A stretch of 64,000 nt of DNA from a virus. The translations under genes were made by a program, and so were the position numbers. The notes under the pieces are model-generated. The model searched no databases and was not told the DNA's origin. It saw nothing but the letters and a program-made list of their open reading frames with translations. Where the stretch lies: positions 1,103 through 65,102 of IMG/VR virus record IMGVR_UViG_3300029852_000171. The stretch is one strand, 5' to 3'. Positions 9,667 through 18,679 of the stretch are shown piece by piece; the stretch's first letter is position 1, and the number at the start of each line of letters is the position of its first letter.

Positions 9667-11262
9667 TTATAATTTTTGTAAATAAAGGACGTTATCGAAA
9701 AGCGGGAGTTTTTCTTCCGTGAATTGATGGGAGACCACAAGCAGCAGCTTTCCTTCGATGGAGAGAAGTAGATCTTCAATCATACCCGCAGTGGTATCAT
9801 CGAGATTTGCCAGTGGCTCATCCAGAATCAATATGTCCGTATCTCGCAGCAATGCACGGGCTAAACAAATGCGTTTCTTTTCTCCACCGGAGAGGTTTGC
9901 TCCATTTTCGGCAATCATTCCATCGAGAGCTTCTTTTCCAGCAAACTTGATAAGTCCAAGGGTTTGAAGCATCTCAATCAGCTTTTCGTCGGGAATGTCC
10001 TGATACATGGTCAAGTTGTTTCTGAGAGAATCGTGAAACAGCACTGCCTCCTGCCGGACAACGGTCATACAGTCATAGGTGCTACAATACTCAGAAAGAG
10101 GCACCCCGTCAATTTCAATGCTGCCGTCAGTTACGTCATAGTAGCGAAGCAGCAGATTGATAGCGGTGGTTTTGCCGCATCCGCTGGGACCTTTGATCAG
10201 ATAGCGTCCGCCTTTTTGCGCTTCAAAGTCGAAATTCGTCAGCACGGGCTTCTTGTCGGGATAGGCAAATGAAACGTTGCGATACCGGATCTCCCTCGCC
10301 AGTTTGGTCAGTGGCTTTCCATGCCTCGCAGCATTTCCTTCTTCAATGAATTTCTCCATAGATTGACAGGAGGGCTTGATTGCCACAAGCTGACGAATGA
10401 TTTCGGCAAGAGAAATCAGAGGATAGGAAAGCTGGTCGATCATGCCGATTGCTACAAAGAAGTTGCCTGCGGAGAAGTCCCCCTGCAGGACGAGCCACGT
10501 TGCACAACTCAACACAACAAAGTAAGACAGATAGGAAATCAGTGTCGTGATTAATTGTGAAACCGCTCCGAGCGTCATATCTCTCAGCAGCTTGTTCATC
10601 GTGAAGTCGTTTGTATCGTCAAACTTTGAAAGAATCTTTTTTTCAATGGAAAAATTCTTAATAATCTCAAAGCCGCTGAGCCAATCGTTGACTTTTGCCA
10701 AATTTGCTTCGACCGCTTTCAGATATGCGTTCTGCGCATTCTGCAACCGCTTTTCAATGAGCTTGGGAATATAGAGCGGCGTGGTTAGAAGCCCTATTGT
10801 GATCAGAGCAAGACGCCAGTCCAAGACAAATAAAGCTACACTTACAAAGATGATCTTGAAAAGAATCTCCCAGAACAGGGGAAGCATCTGAAAGCGGCGT
10901 GCCTTAATGGTATCCGCTTCGTTCGTGTATTTTGCGATGTACTCCCCTTGCGGCGTTGTCTTGTAGTCCACATAGCCGCGCTTGAGGATACTCTCAAAAA
11001 TGTCCCGCTTCAGCAGCTTCGTGCAGCCGACGACAAATCTTGCGCTGAATTGCCTGTACCCAAAGTAAAACAGGATTTCACAAAGGATAAAGGCAATCAG
11101 GATAGACGCATACCGAAGCGTAGTCTGCGTATCTCCGGCAATGGCAGAATCCAGCACATCGCCTTTGAAGAATTGCAAAACAACCGCAAACACGGTGCTG
11201 ATAAGAATAGAAACCAAAGCCCCTATAAAATAGACGCTGGCATGTTTTTGATATTTTTTCAT
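9667..11262 (-). CDS. ABC exporter, fused permease/ATPase
   Basis: N-terminal TM domain, GPSGCGKT, LSGGEKKR, LDEP. Confidence 0.9.
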   Translation of the reverse strand: MKKYQKHASVYFIGALVSILISTVFAVVLQFFKGDVLDSAIAGDTQTTLRYASILIAFILCEILFYFGYRQFSARFVVGCTKLLKRDIFESILKRGYVDYKTTPQGEYIAKYTNEADTIKARRFQMLPLFWEILFKIIFVSVALFVLDWRLALITIGLLTTPLYIPKLIEKRLQNAQNAYLKAVEANLAKVNDWLSGFEIIKNFSIEKKILSKFDDTNDFTMNKLLRDMTLGAVSQLITTLISYLSYFVVLSCATWLVLQGDFSAGNFFVAIGMIDQLSYPLISLAEIIRQLVAIKPSCQSMEKFIEEGNAARHGKPLTKLAREIRYRNVSFAYPDKKPVLTNFDFEAQKGGRYLIKGPSGCGKTTAINLLLRYYDVTDGSIEIDGVPLSEYCSTYDCMTVVRQEAVLFHDSLRNNLTMYQDIPDEKLIEMLQTLGLIKFAGKEALDGMIAENGANLSGGEKKRICLARALLRDTDILILDEPLANLDDTTAGMIEDLLLSIEGKLLLVVSHQFTEEKLPLFDNVLYLQKL

Positions 11263-11492
11263 GTTACCTCCTATGCACTAGCGCGATAGAAGGATTGAAA
11301 GTATTTCCTTCTATCGTTTAGAAGGAAATCCGAAGCTTCACCACAGGAACCCCCCCTTATTCACAAGATATCGCGATTATTATACCATGCAACATCTAAA
11401 AAAGCAATCCGTACTGCACTTCCATGAGTTAATTCATTGTACAACCATGAATAATTTCTTTTTAAGCATCCCGTATTTTTCAGCTTTTCTTT

Positions 11493-11999
11493 TTATTGTC
11501 CGATTATTCCAATGTTTGTTAATTGCGAACATAATGTTATAAGGGCCTCTTCAATGTTTGCTTGTTCACACCTGTTAGCGCAGTTGGCAATATATCTGTT
11601 TGTTCTAGGGCAATTACCAAGACAAAGAGGAAATACAGAACAATTATTACATTTCCAAAAGGTAAACGGTGTAATATTACTCACAGCAAGCCGAGAACCC
11701 ATTAAGTTTTTCTCGAAGTAAGAATCGCCCATAGCCTCATTGCAACAATATATTCTCCCATTTGTATCAAATACATTTATTCTTTCGTTTGAACAGTAGT
11801 TGCTTCTTTGGCCAAAAAAGAGCAACTCATTCTCTACTGTCTTATTATATTGGATCATAAACTGCAATATAGGTATATCAGAAATAATACTAATATTCGA
11901 TATTTCTCGTATCGTATTATAGGCCTCAATTACCTTCTTTATTGAAATCGGATGAAACTTTGGGTCTGTTGGATTAGCTATACAATCAACATACAACAT
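11493..11999 (-). pseudogene. C-terminal fragment of a radical SAM/SPASM protein
   Basis: SPASM-type cysteines (DTNGRIYCC; CNNCSVFPLCLGNC). No CxxxCxxC N-terminal domain; in-frame TAA at 12003-12005; AT-rich. Confidence 0.65.
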
Positions 12000-12044
12000 C
12001 TTTTAAGCCTCGTGAAACTACTCAATACGAGGCGCATACATAGA

Positions 12045-12101
12045 AATGTTCGTTTATAAGACCGCTGTTTAGATTAAACAACGCTGTTATAAGTGAACAT
12101 T
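12045..12101. repeat. 57-bp imperfect palindrome, candidate prophage attachment site
   Basis: 27-bp arms (22/27 match) around a 3-nt centre, at the host/phage junction. Confidence 0.45.
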
Positions 12102-12183
12102 CAAAAGCTGAATTTATAATGGACAGTTAAACAATTTCAAAGCGAACGCACACTTTGACCCCACAAATAAATAGCGCAAAAAA

Positions 12184-12222
12184 ATAGGGCAGGAACGGAG
12201 TAATTTCCGAACCTGCCCTAAT
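12184..12222 (-). terminator. Terminator ending the phage late operon
   Basis: TAGGGCAGG...CCTGCCCTA stem; the + strand A-run gives a U-tail on the minus strand. Confidence 0.75.
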
Positions 12223-12281
12223 TTATTTTCGCACATTTCCTCAACTGAGAATATTCACACCCACAAAATATCCTCGGATAA

Positions 12282-12671
12282 TTATTTGCCAAACATGACG
12301 ATTGCACCGATGATACCACTCACAAGTAAAGTGCAGATACAGGTGATAACTGCAACTTTGATAGAGTTCACATTGCTGGCAATCTGCTTGTACGGTTTGT
12401 TCTCAGCCTCATTGACCTTTTCCGACAACTTACGCTCGGTTTCCTGCCAAGCTTTCGCCTGTGCATCGACTTTACTGTTTGTGTCGTCCACCTTCGTTTC
12501 AATGTTGCTGACACGCTGTGCAATAAGCTCAACAGAAGTAGCAATCTTGTAGATGGCTTTCTGCTCGCTTTGGATTTCCTTCAGCTCATTTTCCAGATTA
12601 TCAATTCTATGCGTATTGGACTTACATCTCTGTTCCGTCTCAATGAGCATAACAGTCTCCTGGTCAGTCAT
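12282..12671 (-). CDS. Coiled-coil membrane-anchored lysis-module protein (XhlA-like)
   Basis: KSNTHRIDNLE motif, coiled coil, C-terminal TM helix, next to holin. Confidence 0.55.
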   Translation of the reverse strand: MTDQETVMLIETEQRCKSNTHRIDNLENELKEIQSEQKAIYKIATSVELIAQRVSNIETKVDDTNSKVDAQAKAWQETERKLSEKVNEAENKPYKQIASNVNSIKVAVITCICTLLVSGIIGAIVMFGK

Positions 12672-12692
12672 ATGAGCACCTCCTGAATAAAG

Positions 12693-13052
12693 TTACTTCC
12701 CCTCTTCCTTCTTGGCAGTAACCTTATTTGCGGGTGTGGCAGGGTTAATTACCTTGCTCATGTCGCACAGACTATCAATCATGTCGGCAATTGCGTCATA
12801 ATCAATGTCGTAGTTAATGCCATCTGCGCTCGCCTTGAGCATCGCCAGAACCCACTCTTTTCGTTCTGCACCGTCTTTGAACTTAGTCTCGGCAGTCTCC
12901 ATCAACTTCATAACCTTCTCCAGAACGACGCCCCAGTTCTTCTCCTTGACAGCCTGCTTGATGTATTTCACAAGCTGAATAACGAGAGGAATGGCGGCTG
13001 CCAGACCAGAAGCGATTGCTGCGATGTACTTCAGAATCTCCAACCAATCCAT
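12693..13052 (-). CDS. Putative holin (LL-H-like)
   Basis: N-terminal TM helix, AETKFKDGAERKEWV motif, directly after the endolysin. Confidence 0.65.
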   Translation of the reverse strand: MDWLEILKYIAAIASGLAAAIPLVIQLVKYIKQAVKEKNWGVVLEKVMKLMETAETKFKDGAERKEWVLAMLKASADGINYDIDYDAIADMIDSLCDMSKVINPATPANKVTAKKEEGK

Positions 13053-13085
13053 AATCGTACCTCCATTTCTTTTTCTGGCAGAGCA

Positions 13086-15302
13086 TTATACTCTGCTTGT
13101 ATAATCAAGAGAAATCCACCCAGCGCCGCTTTTAAGCTTTCCCCATGATTTGGCGCCAGTTCCGTCTTTCTCTTCGACGATGGTATAAACCCCACCGCCC
13201 TTAATCTGACCAGCCACGGCGTATCCCGTACCGGCACCCTTGCGAATGTTCAGTACATCCGCCGTAACACGCACACGATACGGAACCGCAGAAGGTTTCT
13301 GTTCGGGCACAACCGGAGTCTTGCCTGCGTATTTGTCATAGAACTTCTGACCGTATGCCGCACGCTTATTCTGAACTGTCGCACTCTGGTTCGCAGGACG
13401 CTCAAATTTCATCAGCACGGAATTGGATGCGGCAAGAATGGTCTTGGCGGATTTCAAATCGGCAAAAACGCCCTTATAGCTCTCGCTCAATTCCTTGTAC
13501 AGGAATTCAAGCTGCATACCCAAATCTCCAACAGACTTCTTCTTGCTCTGCGCAAAAGCAAGTAGTGCTTTCTTCCTTGTGTGATATGTCCACTGTGCCA
13601 AGCCGTAACCTGCGCTATCAGTCCCAAACTTTTTGTATGTGCCATTGTCAACAGCGGCGGTATAGGAAGCATCTGTATATCCAAGCCGCTTCTCATAGGC
13701 ATTCTGGAGGTTGTCAGGGCGTAATCCAGACTCAGCATAGAGATTGCCCATCATCCCTGCAACGCCGTATTCATTCCCAATCTTGCCAAGCAAGAAGTTC
13801 CAAATGATTTCCTCGTTTGTATTACCAGAGGGAGCGGACGGAGTAGACGGTATCGTCGGCGTGGTCGGTTTTGCGTTTGCCAATGCAAGGTCAGAGGCCT
13901 TGAACGGACTCATAATGGAGTTTTTACCGTCCTCGCTTTTGTTGATAACAACACGATTTCCACTTACAGAATGTACAATCCAGTTCTTTGCCCGAACCCA
14001 GCCAGGAACTGACTGACCGGAGTAATACTGTGTGCCGATAATCTTGACAACATCTCCCGCCTTAAATGCGCTGGTTGTAGGCGTGGTCGGGTTTGTCGGC
14101 TGTGTAGGTGCAACGCTACCAGAGGTTTTCATTAGCGCAGCGACATCGGCACGAGCCGTCGCCATAGACTTACCAAACTTCGGGAACCAGTGGTTGACAT
14201 CACCGTGGTTAGAGCCAAACCCAAGCGCATGACTGTCTGCATGGCATAAAATTGTAGGAACGGATACACCATTCATATTCACTGTTCCGTTTGGGTCAAT
14301 ATTGAACATTTTGCAAAGGTATGCCGTAATTTCACAGGCCTCCTTGTAGACCTTGTTGAAATATGCAGCATCGTTCAAACCGTCTTCGCAAATCTCAAAT
14401 TGAATCCAACCATTGTTACAGGAACCCTTGTTGCCAGAGCCGCAGCCCCACGGGCGATAATTCCACGGCATAGTCTGTACTGTAGTGACAGTACCGTCCG
14501 CCAATTTACCAATCCAGCAATTCAGACCAGCCTGACGGTTGATATGGTTCCAGTCGTTTCGGTTCCCATTTGTGCCGAGAAGTGCCAAAAGCTCTGCTCT
14601 GTTTGCAGCATTATCATCCGGCTGGACATAGCGCCGCAAATTCGGATTGTTTGCACCGGTGCTGTGCCAAAGAACACCTTTGACGGTCATGGTGCTTGTC
14701 CCTTTGTAGCAAGTACTCTGGGTCATCATGCATTCCAACGGTCTATTCGTTGAACTGTATTTCATTTTTCCTCCACTTGTCGAGGGAACGGTAGTGACCG
14801 GTTTCTCATCTGAAACAGCCGGATTATAAATAAAGCCAAGGAACTTGTACGCAGCTCCTTGACCCCAGTTACCGTTTCCCTTTGTTCTTGTCTTGTTCCA
14901 AAACGGATTGGAACTGCCCCATCCGCTTTCGGATGTATAGACCTCCGTATCACTTACGACCTTCTCAACAATAGCAACATGACCCGCCCCATCAGAGCCG
15001 TTCAGTGTAGCGCCTTTCTGCCAGACCATGCAGGCGCCAAGTTTCGGTGTCTGTCCTGTTTTCAGAGAGGTTCCCTTATACTGAATGAAGTTCTCTGCAT
15101 TCACGGGTCTTAGGTACTTGCAGTATCCATACCCGCCAATTTCGTTAAATCGTCCGTAAGCATACCCTACACAGTTAGAAAGGACATCGCAGTCCTTATC
15201 TGTTGGACTGCCTTTAATGGCGTCGGAGTAGCCGCCATTTGCTTTGGTTATGTAATACTTATTACCAGCTTCCGGTTTGCTGGTTCGCATCTTAAACGCC
15301 AC
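13086..15302 (-). CDS. Multidomain endolysin: CHAP + amidase_2 + phage lysozyme-2 + SH3-like domains
   Basis: NCVGYAYGR/GHVAIVE; LWHSTG...FEICE...HADSH..NHGD; GNLYAESGL...GLAQWT; C-terminal LNIRKGAGT...WGKLKSGAGWISL. Confidence 0.85.
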   Translation of the reverse strand: MAFKMRTSKPEAGNKYYITKANGGYSDAIKGSPTDKDCDVLSNCVGYAYGRFNEIGGYGYCKYLRPVNAENFIQYKGTSLKTGQTPKLGACMVWQKGATLNGSDGAGHVAIVEKVVSDTEVYTSESGWGSSNPFWNKTRTKGNGNWGQGAAYKFLGFIYNPAVSDEKPVTTVPSTSGGKMKYSSTNRPLECMMTQSTCYKGTSTMTVKGVLWHSTGANNPNLRRYVQPDDNAANRAELLALLGTNGNRNDWNHINRQAGLNCWIGKLADGTVTTVQTMPWNYRPWGCGSGNKGSCNNGWIQFEICEDGLNDAAYFNKVYKEACEITAYLCKMFNIDPNGTVNMNGVSVPTILCHADSHALGFGSNHGDVNHWFPKFGKSMATARADVAALMKTSGSVAPTQPTNPTTPTTSAFKAGDVVKIIGTQYYSGQSVPGWVRAKNWIVHSVSGNRVVINKSEDGKNSIMSPFKASDLALANAKPTTPTIPSTPSAPSGNTNEEIIWNFLLGKIGNEYGVAGMMGNLYAESGLRPDNLQNAYEKRLGYTDASYTAAVDNGTYKKFGTDSAGYGLAQWTYHTRKKALLAFAQSKKKSVGDLGMQLEFLYKELSESYKGVFADLKSAKTILAASNSVLMKFERPANQSATVQNKRAAYGQKFYDKYAGKTPVVPEQKPSAVPYRVRVTADVLNIRKGAGTGYAVAGQIKGGGVYTIVEEKDGTGAKSWGKLKSGAGWISLDYTSRV

Positions 15303-15323
15303 GATACATCACTCCTTCGTCCG

Positions 15324-15803
15324 TTATCCAACGGAGCCATTGTCGGCACCGTAATCATATACATTGACGGTTGCACCGTTTGTAAACGGCACTGGCTCGG
15401 TGCTATCAGCGCCAGCGGAAAGAATCTCATTCAACGACCCGTTATTCTCTTCGCCAGATATGCCAGCGTAGCGTTCTCTACGCAGCTTCACATTTTCGCT
15501 CTGCTTCTTCGCACAATACGCTTTCAGGCAATAAATCGCATAGATGAGAACCTGTGCGGCAATGTCGGTGATAAGGACACCGAGATAGGTTAAATCATGA
15601 AGTACCCACATAGCCGCCATCGCATAAATCATTACGGCGTTAAATAACACGAAGAGGTAAATAGCAAGCAGTTTGCTTGTTTCGATGCGCTTGGTATCAT
15701 ATTTCCGTTTTTCTTCGCGGAGTGATTGCTTGTACTGCTTTTGAACATTTTCCCTGCGAATCTCAGCCATCTTAAGCTGATACTCTCTTTTGGACATTCT
15801 CAT
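15324..15803 (-). CDS. Membrane protein of the lysis module
   Basis: Two TM helices after a basic N-terminus; RBS AAGGTGG before ATG at 15803. Confidence 0.6.
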   Translation of the reverse strand: MRMSKREYQLKMAEIRRENVQKQYKQSLREEKRKYDTKRIETSKLLAIYLFVLFNAVMIYAMAAMWVLHDLTYLGVLITDIAAQVLIYAIYCLKAYCAKKQSENVKLRRERYAGISGEENNGSLNEILSAGADSTEPVPFTNGATVNVYDYGADNGSVG

Positions 15804-15856
15804 GTTAATCACCACCTTCTGTATAAAAGCCAAGTTTTATATGCCATAAATGCATT

Positions 15857-15893
15857 GTGGGAGCCTGCTGGTGTAGCACGGCTCCCACTTTTT
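15857..15893. terminator. Hairpin/terminator
   Basis: GTGGGAGCC...GGCTCCCAC stem. Confidence 0.55.
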
Positions 15894-15898
15894 ATTTC

Positions 15899-16042
15899 TT
15901 ACACATTTCCACCGCTCAGGATTTCTTCTGCTTCCTCAGCTGTAATCCATTTGCCAACGGCATTCATCACCATCTGCCGGTTCCAAAGGCAACGGTCATA
16001 GTAGCCTTTGACTTTTTCAAATCTTGCACTATGCTCATTCAT
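15899..16042 (-). CDS. XkdX-family small phage protein
   Basis: FEKVKGYYD..LW....V.NAVGKWITAEE..EI. Confidence 0.75.
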   Translation of the reverse strand: MNEHSARFEKVKGYYDRCLWNRQMVMNAVGKWITAEEAEEILSGGNV

Positions 16043-16448
16043 TGGCGTTTTCCTCCTCTTCCGTAGCAACATAGGCCGGGTCATCCACCGTGTCATCGTA
16101 GACAGCTTCACCCTCAATGTCGCCTACGCTCACAGCCTGCGCTTCAACTTGCTCTTCCATAGGCAGGTCATAGCCGGTCATCATGGAAAGGTAGTCCAAA
16201 TTTGCTGCATTCTGCGCGGCGACCTTATCCTGCTGCATCATATATTCACCGCTGGGAATATCCTTGAAATCGACTTCGCCGTTCTCACTGATGAGGTTTC
16301 CAGCAAGGTTATAGACGATACCATTGATAGCGACGCCCTGTGCGTTTTCATAATCACACAGACCATAGGCGCCGTTCTCCTGCAGGTAGACCCAGTTCGG
16401 CTGCTCAACAAGCGCGAGCAAGCTGCCGTTCTTCAGAAACTTTACCAT
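16035..16448 (-). CDS. Hypothetical phage protein (tail-associated, upstream of xkdX)
   Basis: AGGAGG RBS before MVKFLK; ANLDYLSMMTG motif; overlaps the RT 3' end. Confidence 0.65.
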   Translation of the reverse strand: MVKFLKNGSLLALVEQPNWVYLQENGAYGLCDYENAQGVAINGIVYNLAGNLISENGEVDFKDIPSGEYMMQQDKVAAQNAANLDYLSMMTGYDLPMEEQVEAQAVSVGDIEGEAVYDDTVDDPAYVATEEEENANE

Positions 16449-17589
16449 GTCCTGAATCCTCCTTGTTCTTGAATAAACTGTTGTAGAAAGCATCCATCTT
16501 CCGCAAGACAAGCGTGCTGTTTCCACGAATCATATGTCCGCGCCAGCTTTGATAGGCTGTCTCTACATCTGTGATAGTGAACCTTCCTTCATCTGTCCAC
16601 CTTCGGAATATTCTGAGTTTCTTCCGCATCTTGACCGGTGATTTTCGGTTCATCTTGCGAATGACCGCACCGGTTTCATTCAGGAAAAACTTTGTTTTCA
16701 AGAATTTGACCCCCTTGCGCAGCGGCGCTATCTTTGTCTTCTTCTCGTTCAAAACAAATCCGTATTCCTTGCACTTCTTTCTGATTTCCTCCATGCAATA
16801 TTTCAGATATTCTCTGTTCTCATGTATCAGATAGAAGTCATCCATATATCTTCCATAGTATTTGATGTGTAGCTGTTCCTTTATGAAGTGGTCAAGCGGG
16901 CTTGCGACCATAAGCGCATCTATCTGCGATACCTGACTGCCAAGTCCAAAACCAACATCTCCGAAGTCCTCCATGAACTGGCAGGCAATACGACGCACAT
17001 CATCGTCATGTATCCTGCGTTCCGCTTCTCTATAGATAATAGAGTGCGGCGCACTGTTAAAGAAATCGGAGAAATCGCCCGTGAGAACACCGCCAGATTC
17101 TACGCCTTCGACGCCAAACTTTCGATAGAATCTATGCAAGTGCCTATCCAGCCTGTCCATAGCAAAATCAACACCTTTGCCTTTCAGGCTTGCGGCGTTA
17201 TCAAAAACAAATGAGTGAGAAAACACAGGGACAAGTATATTGTCGCAAAGACATCTCTGCACTACGCGCTCGGAGATATGAACGCTCCGAATATGCCGTA
17301 GTTTTCCGCGCTCAATTAGGTCAAAGTCATGGAAGCCACGGCTCCTGAACTCTCTGCGTAACAATGCGTCATGCGTGCTGGCGGTGTTCGTGGTAATGCG
17401 GCTCATATAGCTTTGTGTACTGTTCTTCCACATAACCCCTTTGCAGCAGTTCTTGCCCGCCTGATAAAGGTGCTCATAGGAGAACACATCTTCATAACGG
17501 CCAAAGCTTTCACTGTAGGCAGTCCTTTTCGCCTGACGAGCCGCTACTCTGCGCTGATATCTGATTTCATGTCTTTCCTTACTGTTCAT
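16405..17589 (-). CDS. DGR reverse transcriptase
   Basis: ERGKLRHIRS, ERVVQ, GDFSDFF, GLGSQVSQ (DGR-type SQ), YGRYMDD, FLK; adjacent to TR and avd. Confidence 0.95.
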   Translation of the reverse strand: MNSKERHEIRYQRRVAARQAKRTAYSESFGRYEDVFSYEHLYQAGKNCCKGVMWKNSTQSYMSRITTNTASTHDALLRREFRSRGFHDFDLIERGKLRHIRSVHISERVVQRCLCDNILVPVFSHSFVFDNAASLKGKGVDFAMDRLDRHLHRFYRKFGVEGVESGGVLTGDFSDFFNSAPHSIIYREAERRIHDDDVRRIACQFMEDFGDVGFGLGSQVSQIDALMVASPLDHFIKEQLHIKYYGRYMDDFYLIHENREYLKYCMEEIRKKCKEYGFVLNEKKTKIAPLRKGVKFLKTKFFLNETGAVIRKMNRKSPVKMRKKLRIFRRWTDEGRFTITDVETAYQSWRGHMIRGNSTLVLRKMDAFYNSLFKNKEDSGHGKVSEERQLARAC

Positions 17590-17837
17590 ACCTCATCCCT
17601 TATATACAAGAAAATTGGGTGTGCCGTACAGTCTTATTGTAGGCGGGAGTTCTAACTGCGTAGTCCGCACCATGAAACCGACTATTCCCGTATTCATCGG
17701 CCATGCAAGAAGCGTCATCCGGTGCATATCATCGACACACTGTTTTGAGCATATTTCACTATGCTACAGGAACAAGTCTCCCTTCTGCAGAAGTACAAAT
17801 TTCGCCACGAGGGTTACTTTGATTGACCTATAGACCT

Positions 17838-17972
17838 ACAGAATCCGAAAGCGACGCCATTACTGTTGTTGGCGTTGTTATTGTTGGCGTTGCCGTTGCT
17901 GTTGACATTACAGAAATTATTGCTGTTGCCAGAATTAGGAGAACGCTCCCACCAGTTGTTAGCGGAGCCACC
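17838..17972 (-). ncRNA. DGR template repeat (TR) with IMH*
   Basis: 135 nt with 17 AAY codons. Matches VR1 and VR2 except at adenines. IMH* ...GCTTTCGGATTCTGT versus IMH ...GCTTTCGGCTTCTGC. Confidence 0.95.
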
Positions 17973-18028
17973 ACAGCAGCCCAAAAGCCCACAGAACACA
18001 ACAAGACGAGACTTGACCTTAGAGTAAC

Positions 18029-18496
18029 TTAATTTGTCGGAATACTGTTATCTTCGTATTCCTTGAATTTTTCCTTGAACCGTTTCCGGTCTGCTTTCTT
18101 GACGCCCGTAATAAGGTCACGCTCCTTCTGGATGAGCCGACCCCATTCAAGCATGGCGTTAGGCAACCACTTAAACTCCGTCTTGAAATTCGGGTTGTCC
18201 GAAACGATGTCATACATCAGCTGAAGCTTATCATCCAAGCTGTTGAGCAAGCCGAAAGTGTAAGTGAGCTCATCACGCTTTAGCTGTGCTTCATGCAGAT
18301 TGGTCGGCATCATTGATTCTGCCACGCGCACATGGGTGTCAATGTCTTCCACAAGATTCGCAATTTTTTGCACGACAATATAGGTATATCGTTTGGGGAA
18401 CTTCACGCAATTCTTGATGGTAAACACCTGTAGTTGCCGTGCGTTCTCGACATACTGGATTGCGCTCGTACTGCGCTTTGATTTATATACGGACAT
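18029..18496 (-). CDS. avd: DGR accessory variability determinant (Avd-like four-helix bundle)
   Basis: 155 aa, helical, FPKRYTY motif, located between target gene and TR. Confidence 0.8.
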   Translation of the reverse strand: MSVYKSKRSTSAIQYVENARQLQVFTIKNCVKFPKRYTYIVVQKIANLVEDIDTHVRVAESMMPTNLHEAQLKRDELTYTFGLLNSLDDKLQLMYDIVSDNPNFKTEFKWLPNAMLEWGRLIQKERDLITGVKKADRKRFKEKFKEYEDNSIPTN

Positions 18497-18587
18497 TCTT
18501 TCCTCCTTTTCTTCCGTTTTACTTATGCGAATGGGATTCCCACACCTCTAACCGCAAGGGGTGTACCCCTTACACAATGCGGCATAC

Positions 18588-18626
18588 GGGCAGCCGTCTC
18601 CCCTGACCGGGGAGAGCGGGCTGCCC
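18588..18626 (-). other. GC-rich hairpin downstream of VR1 (terminator or DGR cis element)
   Basis: GGGCAGCC..CTCCCC-tgacc-GGGGAG..GGCTGCCC. Confidence 0.6.
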
Positions 18627-18679
18627 TTGTTTGCGCACTGGGCATTCTGCGTCAAAGCGAATGCGGCGGGGTGGAGAGG

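Noticed and set aside
16405..17589. RT as group II intron or retron RT
   Set aside because: No maturase/endonuclease extension; SQ motif, avd and TR/VR pair indicate a DGR.
17814..17999. 61-aa Asn-rich ORF
   Set aside because: It is the translation of the template repeat, not a likely protein.
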